A stretch of 64,000 nt of DNA from Amphiscolops sp. MND2022 (lineage: Eukaryota), in NCBI GenBank assembly GCA_964187785.1, contig OZ076409.1, positions 45,634,001 to 45,698,000 on the forward strand. The letters run 5' to 3'. The notes below the pieces were generated by a model. The model ran no database searches. It worked only from the letters and a program-made list of their open reading frames with translations, and was not told the origin of the DNA. Shown here piece after piece: positions 1-9,640 of this stretch. The first letter of the stretch is position 1. The number at the start of each line of letters is the position of its first letter. Position numbers and translations under genes: made by a program.

Positions 1-2
1 CC

Positions 3-110
3 GAAATACCTGAAAACGATGCTAGAAATGAAAGTCTGAGCCCTAGAGGAGGGAAATATAATCTCAGGCCTAACCCTAATCCAAACTACTCAGAAGATTT
101 CAGATACTAG
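3..110 (+). CDS. C-terminal end of retrotransposon pol (truncated by window edge)
   Basis: Open frame EIPENDARNESLSPRGGKYNLRPNPNPNYSEDFRY* ending in TAG at 108-110. Confidence 0.6.
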   Translation, partial: EIPENDARNESLSPRGGKYNLRPNPNPNYSEDFRY

Positions 111-338
111 AAAAGACTGAATTCAATTCAGGAACCGAGCCCTGAATCGTGCTTTCTTTTCCTTTTATCGTTTTTTTTCTTTCCAGTCCCATGAAGAAAG
201 TATTTTGAATAAATAATGGGACGTACAGAGATCCCTTACAAAGCAGATAAATAACGGGACCAAAAAACCAAGAATAGTGAAATGAAAATGCAAAACAACA
301 AAGTTTACAGTCCAAAAAGAACACATATATATGTACAG

Positions 339-1789
339 TTAGTCTTTAGATCCACCAGGAGTAGATTCCACCACTACAGAAGAAGATCTGGATCGGGACC
401 GACTCCTTTCCATGCGTCTGCGCTTGGTATCACTCGGTAGGCGAACAGCAGGAGCATCTCTCACAGAAGGAACGTCAGATGAAGCAACGGTCTGAGCAGC
501 CCCTCCCTCACCGGAGAGAACGGAACGGTGGGACGACATGAGGGACTTATATATAGATGAGCGACCAAAGGTATCTACATAAGCCCAGGGGTCGTAATCA
601 GAGCAGAGTCCAGATTGCCCGAACGAAGCAGATAAAAGAGAGAATTTATCAAGGTTGATGTCAGAACAACAAAGGGCCAGAAGGTCTGGGACCTCAGTTA
701 GATAGCTTTGACAGGGCAAAACCACGTCGGACATTCGGGACTGGAGACCCTTAGTGTCTATCTTCCCCATGACCACTGCGGGGTACTGAGGACTGACAGT
801 GGTCAAACACAGGCAACTCAGTTTAAAAAGGTAGCAAATCTGGCTGTGGGCATGAAAGAAATCGAGCCCCATGAGGAACTCTATAAGGTCTGCAGATTCA
901 TTAACGAGGCTAGGGTCTGAAGAATGGTTGACTCGAAGATAATCCAACAGTGCCACGTATTCGTCCCTGCATGAAGCCTCATTTGGACCAGTTACCCAAG
1001 ACCGCAACTGGAAGGTCGAATACAGGATACTGAAGTGTCGGAGGGCTACCTCAGTGGGACGCTTCAGCATGATGTACGGGTCAAATGCGGCCAGTCCTTT
1101 GATAATGTCAGAGCTGAGCCCAGTATGTCGGAGGACTGCTCCCAATAAGTACTCTATGTACTTCTTGGCACTTGCTACGAAGTCAGACTGCGCTGAGTCG
1201 GCAGTCTTGTCGATGTCTGCTTTATTGGACTTCTTGTTGAAGTGTAACCCAGCGGCCTTCAGGGTACTTGCTGCAGCAACCTTAGTAGTCATTTTGAGCC
1301 TGACTAGGAATTCGTCATCCTTCAGGAATTTCCCGTCCCGAGTTGTGAAATTGAGCAGTAGTAACCAAGCATTCTCAAGAGGAATGGTATCGGGCTCGTA
1401 AACGCGGGAGCAGAGCCGACTGATGTACCTACAAACGTCCCCACACAGGTAAAAGGTGGCGTCTCGTCTTTGTAAGAGATTGACGGTGAAGCTTGAGACA
1501 TCTAAAACGCAAAATAAGAAAGGTCCACTTGGGAACTTCGGACTGAGGTGTGTCTAAGCGTAGTCAACTTACAATCACTGACGAGACGTTGGAAGAATTC
1601 CAGTCGGACGGCAAAAAACTCGTCGGATATCAGGGACCACTCGAAGCTTTGAACCTTGTTATGCACCCCTTGGTTCTCTTGCAATCTGGAATGCATGGTC
1701 AAGAAGCGGAGAACTGACTTCCACCGCCTAACCAGGTCGCGGCACAAATCAGGGAGTTTGTTGACTTCCAGTCTGCATGTGGTAATAGC
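339..1789 (-). CDS. Antisense cargo gene exon 3 (hAT-like C-terminal part; one frameshift near 1550)
   Basis: Acceptor gttatgtttAG|GCT at 1790/1789 is in frame with ORF 1502..1747. A shift in the CACAC run near 1550 joins an open frame (LSPKFPSGPFLFCVLDVSSFTVNLLQRRD...) continuous with ORF 339..1292. Confidence 0.65.
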
Positions 1790-1876
1790 CTAAACATAAC
1801 ATTGCCTCGGAACTAGTAACACAAGCACAACACGTTCCACAGCTCACTCTCCCAGGATCAAAACGGAAATACTAAC

Positions 1877-2362
1877 GCGAGTGAGTTCAGGTGACTCTTG
1901 GACCCAGTCCTCAGTGGTAAATCCGCCCAGAGAGACAAGCAGACACTGGAGAACGGAGAACATGTCTATCCGGCCGAAAACACTGTAGGTATGTTTATGC
2001 ATCAAGTGTTGCAAATCAAGTGCTTCGAAACGGAAACAGCATTGCACCCCTCTTGCATATGAAGGATGTTGATCGATCGTCTTGATGTAGTCGACTGAGC
2101 AGCCCGAACATGCGACGATATCTGGATCGGTAGATACCACTGACAACAAGCGTGACAAGGACCCCAGTTCCCCTGTGAGGTCAGTGGCCGGAAGAGCGCT
2201 TCGGCAAATGAAAACCCTGCAGAGCTTTGATCCTCGCCAAAAGCGTAGGGACATGAGCCTGTTGGTCCCTACATCCTCGAACTCGATGGAGAAGTGTTGT
2301 GCTGAGGCGACTTGTTCTGCGATGTCCTCCATAGCGCAGTTGAAGATATGTTGGAAGACCAC
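1877..2362 (-). CDS. Antisense cargo gene exon 2 (hAT-transposase-like region, ...HFSIEFED...)
   Basis: Acceptor ttctgtttcccattccAG|GTG at 2363/2362 and donor CGC|GTTAGT at 1877/1876. Both junctions are phase 0. Confidence 0.7.
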
Positions 2363-2502
2363 CTGGAATGGGAAACAGAAGAATATAACGCAAGTTTACG
2401 CGTCTTCATCCTAACCTATGCATATAATTACGTCTACATATATGTGTATAGGTATACCTGACCACATAATAAAACACGAGCAAAAGTATGTGCAATACTA
2501 AC

Positions 2503-4512
2503 CGACATTCTCTCTTCGCTCCAATCGAAATCATGGAAGGCAGCTTGATAATTGGTAAAAGCCCCTACTCGGGACCACAGCCTGCGAAGGACAGTCAAAT
2601 CTCCTTGGCTTTGAATGAAATCACCAATCAAGCTAATCTGGGTTTTGGTTCGTGATTGGGGAGTAACGACAGCTACAGTATTGCCTTTGAGGTAATCCTC
2701 ATAAAAGGGAAACCTCTCCCCGACGTCGACAAGTTCGGCATGTATGAACTTTGGGAGCTCTCGGGCTAACTCAGCCTTACTGAGGATCTTTCCATTTCTC
2801 CCTCTGACTCTATGCTGGGTCTTGCCAGTAATGGGGTCGACGCTCTTGAGGTGCTCATAGCGCCACCGCTGGTCTTTTCGGAGATGCCTCTCAGACCTGT
2901 GATGTCTGAGGATCTCATATACCCCCTTTGTCCTTACGGAAAAATTTCTTTTGCACATATGGCACCAGACCATATAGGGGTTGTGCAGGGGGTCTGCGGG
3001 GCCAGAAATGAAAGATCGGACCCACCCAATCTTCGAGAAAAACTCCTCTCGCATGGGCACTCCTCGTCTCGGGCCGATTTTGGGCCTGGTAGTCTTCTTG
3101 CTGCATGCCTTACGTTGAGGGTATCTTGGCGACGTCTCCTCGCGTAATTCGGATAGAGTAGCGTCTAGACTGCTTTGACCAGTGGAGTCAGCACCTTCAT
3201 CGGCCTGGCCTCTTTGGACTGACTGCTGGTTGAGACTGACCTGTTCTCCTGTCGACTTTTTGAAGCTATCAGCAATTAAAGCCATCTCTTCAGCGCTGTC
3301 ACTGTCGCCAAGCAACGGAAATTCTCCTGTCTCAAACAGTGCACTGAAGTCTCCACTACCTTCAGAGTCTACTCCTGGGTCAGTGAGGAAACCCTCAGAA
3401 CTAGATCCTCCTGATTGGTGGGGTCTGGGCATGCTGGGTTGTGTCTTAGACCGGAATTGCCCAGTTCTCGGAGGGGCGGTAGCAGGTTTTCCCCTTACTG
3501 CTCCGATGACCATTTGTTCCATAGTAGTAGCAGTCATGTTTATGGCCTCATCTGTTAGGACCCTGAGGAGATGGTAGACCTGGGGTTCAGTAAAGGCAAC
3601 TGTCCTGTGGCCCACTGGGAAGGTATACGGATCATCAGTGTCGAAATACTGTTTTAGAATTGCCCGGCTCCGTCCTGACAACTCCCGTAATGGTTTCTCC
3701 TGCTGGGAATCCCCAGCCTTTGACGTCCCTGGTAAGTTGACATTTTGGTCATCAATGTCAGTGTCGGTGTCCTTCCCAGATTCAAGTCCTGCACAAAAGG
3801 GGATTGTTCCGTAAAGCAGAGGAAGATCTTCTAACCCTGATGATACCCCAGCAGTGTCCAAGTCACTGGTTGACTCGGCCTCAAGTGGTTTTCCACCCGG
3901 TAATGGGGGCGGTCCGCTAATCGTTGAAGGAGAGTCTTCGCCTAATAAAGAAGTGGACCGTACTTCCTCACCACATTCACCCGAAGATAAATGTAGCTTT
4001 GGGAGGTCGGAAGAGTTGGTCACAGCGACATGCAGCAGGGATTCGAGCTGAGACAAACCTGGCAATTCGCCCGTACTTCGGCCAGGCTCAGTCGGGGTGC
4101 TGGTTTTCCTAGGATCTCGGAGTGGTGGGGTAGCTGGAGGATCGTTATTGGAGCCGAGTCCTAACTCTTCTTCATTCTCTCCTAGTGTGGGTGTCGTTCT
4201 GGCCTGAGATGCTTCCATTCGCTGGACCATTTCTGTTGCGTAGGCGGTGACATCGACGTTGCTGTCAGTGCTAAAAGGGGATTCAGCTACATTCTGGTCC
4301 ATGAAGGTCACCGTCCTCGGAGGAGGAAAAAGGAACAGAGACGGATCTTGTATGGCTCCAGTGGAAGAAGTTGGTGCTGGGTCTGGTAATGAATCAGGTC
4401 GAGTATCAGTGCTCTCTGTAGAGTTGGTTGGTGTCTGAGATTCATCTATATTCTGGTTCTCTAAACAGAAAGAGATGAAATTTAGCGGTGTGCTTCCTTG
4501 AAAGAAATCCAT
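2503..4512 (-). CDS. Antisense cargo gene exon 1: disordered N-terminus plus BED-type zinc finger
   Basis: ORF 2434..4512 contains WCHMCKRNFSVRTKGVYEILRHHRSERH. Donor GTTAGT starts at 2502 after ...EERMS (phase 0). Confidence 0.75.
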
Positions 4513-5617
4513 TTTACCGCGTCAGAAAACTTCCGGAAGTGTTTGAAATTTTGAACAAAGCGTGCAAAGCACGTGTTCTTCAGCCATGGAAACAGGAAGC
4601 ATTTGATGAACGAAACTTAGCCTTGATCAAGTTAAACTAGTTCTAACTATGAAAATCCGAACCAACCTGCATTTGATGACATTCTGCTGGAATGAATGTG
4701 CTCAGAAGGATTCTGTCTAAATTAGGACGAAGAGGATGAGGAAGGAGGCCGGACTCGGACAGGGATGAGAAGAAGCTCGGACGACTTCAATCGGGGGAGA
4801 AGGAACTGTCTGCGACAAGTTGGAGACAAAGAGATGACGCAGTAGAAAGTAAGACGAGAAAAAAATGTGAAGAATTTAAATGGATAACAATCAATTACAA
4901 ATGGAATTGGAATTAAGTAAAAGAATTGAAAAGTTGGAGGTCGTGGCTGAAGATTATTACCAGACTAATATTATGGATTATTTACATATTTATTCTGTAC
5001 ATGGAGTCTGCCAGCAAAATGTACAAAGATTATTTCACCATTTACAACTTATGGAAGTATTGGCCGGTTACGACCGTTTGTCCTATCTCATTTTATCACC
5101 ATTGTTCCGTTGCGGTTGCTGTCCTAATCGGGACTTCCGTTATTATTGTTACTCAAATTGTTATTTCCGCCATTTTGAATTATTTTGATTTATTATTTTC
5201 GCCATTTTTATTATTTAATTTTTCATTTTATCAAAGCTCAACGCTGATTGGATGGAGCCATTACGAGAAATTTTGGTGACGCGTGCCGTTGATTGTTTAC
5301 AAGCGACCCGTTAATTACCCACTTGAGACGGGTGTTGTTGATATTCGTAAGCTGAGAGTCATTCACACCTCTTCTAGTGATGGCACTGATGCGGGGTAAA
5401 CACTATGTTATCAAAGGGAGCCGACAAATTAAGGAATTCCATTGAGGAATGTTTACGACGGATCGGGGCTATCGACCTGAGATTTACCCGCAAATTTGGA
5501 AACTTCGGGAAGAGGCCCGACTCGGCTAAATCCTCAAACTAACAAATTCATTCTGCTTTAAATTTCTGCTTAGTCCAGTTGCTCCTAACCGTTTCGAAAA
5601 TAGCGAAAAAACTTATC

Positions 5618-6403
5618 ATGGACAAATACAACTTGGCTAGAAAGTTGTTCGATCTAGAAGAATACGACTCTGACGATTCAAGAAAATCGGTGATTTACAT
5701 CTCTAGTAGTGAAGAGGAGTCTTCAGACTGGGAGACAGACTGTTCTACCGACACAGAGCAGTTGATAGAGCGGATAGAAAGAGAAGTGACATCTAGCCCT
5801 ATGCTCATTGGGGGAAGAATAATGACGTCGGAAATACCAGATGAAAATATGCCGGTGGCTGGACCCAGCTCATCCGGTGCAAATACTGAGAAGACGCCAA
5901 AAATGGATCACAGGTACTTCGACCTAGAAAGGTGCTACGCTCCCCCCAAGAGGATGGAAAAATCACGGATCGAGCTGTGCAATACAATTTTGCCAATTCT
6001 GGAGTCGCCGATGTCGCCGCCAGACCACGAAAGGGGGCCTAGCCAAGATACCCCCTTGGTCCAGCCATCAATGAGCGAGTTTTATACGTCCTATCATGTC
6101 CAAAATACCAGACCCCTTGACAACTTAAGCAATCAGAGATATACTGGGTGCATGGTATGTGGAAGATCAGTAGACGAAATTAAAGACGAGAAAATCAATT
6201 GGTACATGCAGAGATCAACGCCGCGCGGGGAACCTGAGTTTGTCACCAAATTGAGGAGAGAAGCGTACATAAATGGACTGAATGCCGGCTGTCTACTTTT
6301 CATTGCTCCCGCAGTGTCGCAGGCTGCCGCCTGTGACGGCACATTGATAACGACGTCAGCGCCAAACCAGGAAACCGTCCCAGGTACCCTACCTACATTT
6401 TAA
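5618..6403 (+). CDS. Uncharacterised acidic protein with CxxC motif (about 261 aa) in element 1 3' region/LTR
   Basis: Intact ORF 5579..6403, first ATG 5618 (MDKYNLARK...), containing CMVCGRSVDEIK. Confidence 0.5.
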   Translation: MDKYNLARKLFDLEEYDSDDSRKSVIYISSSEEESSDWETDCSTDTEQLIERIEREVTSSPMLIGGRIMTSEIPDENMPVAGPSSSGANTEKTPKMDHRYFDLERCYAPPKRMEKSRIELCNTILPILESPMSPPDHERGPSQDTPLVQPSMSEFYTSYHVQNTRPLDNLSNQRYTGCMVCGRSVDEIKDEKINWYMQRSTPRGEPEFVTKLRREAYINGLNAGCLLFIAPAVSQAAACDGTLITTSAPNQETVPGTLPTF

Positions 6404-7485
6404 ACTTCCATTTGCTGAAACTTGAATTTATGTGTTAACTATGTTCGTTTTGTTTGATCAAGTACATTTATAGTTGTTTGTAGTATTAGTCTGTTAAAAT
6501 TACGATTTGGAAATATCCAAATCAGGATGTGTTTTGAAGTTTAGCAGGAAGCTTATTGTAATACAAAATGTAAAATCAATTTGAGGCAATAACACACTGT
6601 AAGTAAGTTAATCGCGAGAAGGAAACGTGTTCAAGTGAGAAAACGTCCCTTCTCGGCAACGTAACTTTCAGTACAGCTATTAGCCAATCAGAGTGCTTCT
6701 TTTGTTAATAATGAATGCTTCATTCATGATGGCCGAATAAGGCCTATTGACTGAGCGGTGCTATTTTATGCCAGTCCTTTAGTCAAACAGCCAATTCAGG
6801 CTAATTCAAGCATATTAATACCTTTGCTGTCTAATTGATTCCATACTTACTCGGAGCTACTAGAATAGTGATTTTAATTTAGACAAATAAATTGGTGATG
6901 CTTTGATGCTTATACATTTTCAACTTGAATAAAAGGACAATTCAGGCCCTTTTACCATGTCCTTTAAGTGTGCAGTGCATGATATGGATTTAAGACTGTT
7001 CCGGCCCTGACATGTGAATATTTCCTGATATCGGTGCGATATTAAAATTCCATACATATAGCAGTACATTCCATTCTCAACTTAATCCGCAGTAAACTTG
7101 TGTCGGCACGTGCCTGCACTACCCGCTACAAGAAAATATGTAGGCTAAGGTATTTGTTTGCATCACGGTTGAAGTAAATATTCCCAATGAATTGTTTGAT
7201 GTTGCCGCTTAATATGATGACTTTGAATGCCATTCTGTAAATATTCCCCGGAAATATGTAACCGAAGGGGAATTCCTTTGTGAAATTTGAAGATCATATG
7301 ATCTACTTTCCCTCGCAGGTCATGTAAAGAATGTGATTGTCATTCCCCGAGCAGTATAAATACCACTACCCTGTTGGGGAATTCATTAATCTGTTCTGAT
7401 CTATGCGAGTAAAGTTGTACAAAAGCAGTTAACCTGTTAGTTTTCCGGTTCTGATAATTCAAATATTCAACCCGGTTCAGTCTCA

Positions 7486-8071
7486 ATGCCTACTACCAGA
7501 AAACAAAAGAAAGCAAGGAAATCTAGAGGACTTGAAATTCTCTCAGATATAGAAAACTTGAACGTAATGTTAGGTGAAAATCATTTTAATGAGACAGAAA
7601 AGGACGATAGTTTCGATGGTACTTCCATCAGAAGACAGGAAAGTGTCATCAGTAATAACTTGGAAAATGAAGGAATGAATCCTTACTCTAATCATAGAAA
7701 TTTGGGAGTTGGGACTAGTGCCGATTACGGCCAAAATTCAGCAAGCGCAGATTCCCAAGTTGAGATCAATAGATTGTCGAGTGAATTGAACTCTAGGATA
7801 TCAAGGGAAATGGATGAGATGATGAATAATGTTAGTTCCCAGATCCAGAGGGCCATAAACGATGCCATCAATAACCAAGTTTTGCCTCAAATTCAAAACG
7901 TTATTATGGCCGGCCCGGGACAGGGGACTAGAAGGGGATGGGAGAGGTCCGTAGAGAGACCGGAAGTTTATCCCGAAGTTCCACACAGCTCAAAAGCCAG
8001 AATTAATTCAAACAATGAACAAAGTGAAATCCATCATAGAGGTGAGAAATCACATCATAATGTTCATGACA
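7486..8071 (+). CDS. Probable gag N-terminal segment encoded inside the LTR of element 1 (reads off the LTR end)
   Basis: The MPTTRKQKK... ORF has a coiled-coil-like segment and stays open to the LTR end at 8071. Analogous ORFs occur at 13891 and 31231. Confidence 0.55.
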
Positions 8072-8195
8072 GGTGGTTTAAGGAATGTTTCTAAAATGTG
8101 GACCGATCAGTGTGAGGTATGTGGTCTGAAGAAATAAAAAAAGGTCACTGCTATAATCGGGCATTTTTCCTTAAAAGGAAAACGCGCCAACTAAA
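8072..8195 (-). mobile_element. HINE/Helentron-like repeat, 5' end fragment
   Basis: Matches the reverse complement of the family head; compare 33700-33773 and 57989-58035. Confidence 0.55.
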
Positions 8196-8211
8196 AAAAG
8201 ATCACAATTGT

Positions 8212-8441
8212 GCGCCCATCACTACGAATTTGAATACGGTTTTCAGTTATTCAATGTTTATGTTCTTTTTAATTATAGCAAATACGAAAAAAATGTCCAC
8301 AGAAAGCTGAACATCGTCTTCACATTAATATGAAGACGATGTTCAGTTTTCTGTGGACATTTTTTTCGTATTTGCTATAATTAAAAAGAACATAAACATT
8401 AAATAACTGAAAACCGTAGTCACATTCGTAGTGATGGGTGC
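8212..8441. repeat. Near-perfect foldback inverted repeat (about 110-bp arms)
   Basis: gcgcccatcactacgaat...catcgtcttca is mirrored by tgaagacgatg...attcgtagtgatgggtgc with few mismatches. Confidence 0.9.
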
Positions 8442-8918
8442 TCTAGATGTTCCAGAGGTGAATTTGCTTTATCCCAATTTCCTCAAATGGACAATTTTTG
8501 CCATTTAAAGGTCAAATTATTCCATTTGCATTTTCCCAGTTAGCCACGGTATCTGCTAAATTCAAAATCTTGTTCTCAAAAATGATTAAATTACCGACAT
8601 AAGTATTCACTCTTTCTTCACCCACTTAATTTCTTTGTCTACACGCATTTATTGTACTGAAATTTTATATGCTCTCGAACAATCACGGTGTTGATGAATA
8701 GAACCGAAAACTCCCGTTTTATGGGATTTCACCAGCTAAGCGTGGCTTTCTTTTGTAACTATTACAGAAAATTTCAAGCACCTCAGAATCCCTTGTTTCC
8801 GATTTTTTTTTCATAAATGAAACAAAGAGTACATTAACGTGATTTTTTGATCAGCCATAATTGGGTATACGCGAAAGGAATTCTCATTTTTTTACTTTGC
8901 GAGCGTCGATGAACCAAA

Positions 8919-9038
8919 ATGTATGGTCTGCTTCTGGGGGCGTTTGCTGATGGCATCATCGCAAAATATGGACAAGATGTCTGGTTGAAAATTAAAGAGA
9001 AAGCTGGTGTCACTTATTCATCTTTTGCAACTCACACA
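8919..9038 (+). CDS. sGC exon 1 (H-NOX N-terminus)
   Basis: [40 protein letters not shown] followed by GTGAGT. Confidence 0.92.
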
Positions 9039-9608
9039 GTGAGTAGAAATTTCTAGTTCGTCATTGGGAAGTTTGATTCCTGGTGAGTAAGTTAGAACTC
9101 AGATTGTTTAAAACTGCTATTTTTACTGTTGATTTTATAATGTGTTCTAAAGTTAGAGAACGTTTGTAGTGCTCTTGGATTTATTCTTGGAAACTTCCCC
9201 CTCACACACGAAGAAAATTACATGAGAAATTTGTAGAATTAGCATAAATTAGTTGCTGATTAGTTGAATATGTGTCAAGTCATCAAAAAAATAAGAGTGT
9301 ATTAGGAGTTTTTAAAAGGCAACTGTAATAAGAAAGTTTAGGCAAAAATTTAGTTTTTTTTCATTGCGTGGGAAAGGAAAAAGAGAATATTCTGGAGATG
9401 GCAAATAAATGTGCCGATCCTAAATTGTTGTATTTCTTTTCAAACACTTTTCAAACGGTATATATTTTTAGTGATACAGTTTCAAAGTATTTATGATAGC
9501 AGAATTTTTGTTTCTTTTGTTTGTTTTCAAATGATGATGAAAATCTAATTACATTTTTAATCCATTTATTTGCCCATTATTTCGTATAGAACAATAAGTA
9601 TATTCACT

Positions 9609-9640
<32 letters not shown>

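Larger units (their letters stand above)
1..8071 (+). mobile_element. 3' part of a large Ty3/Gypsy-type LTR retrotransposon (element 1): pol C-terminus, antisense cargo gene, long 3' LTR
   Basis: The frame at 3-110 reads ...SPRGGKYNLRPNPNPNYSEDFRY*, a pol-type C-terminus like RYSLRKNP in element 2. PPT-like GGGGGAGAAGGAAC lies at 4793-4806 followed by TGTC. The element ends ...CATGACA at 8071, abutting a HINE fragment. The layout matches element 2. Confidence 0.7.
4807..8071 (+). repeat. Putative long (about 3.3 kb) 3' LTR of element 1
   Basis: TGTC...GACA termini with a purine tract immediately upstream. The 5' boundary is tentative because the partner LTR lies outside the window. Confidence 0.45.
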
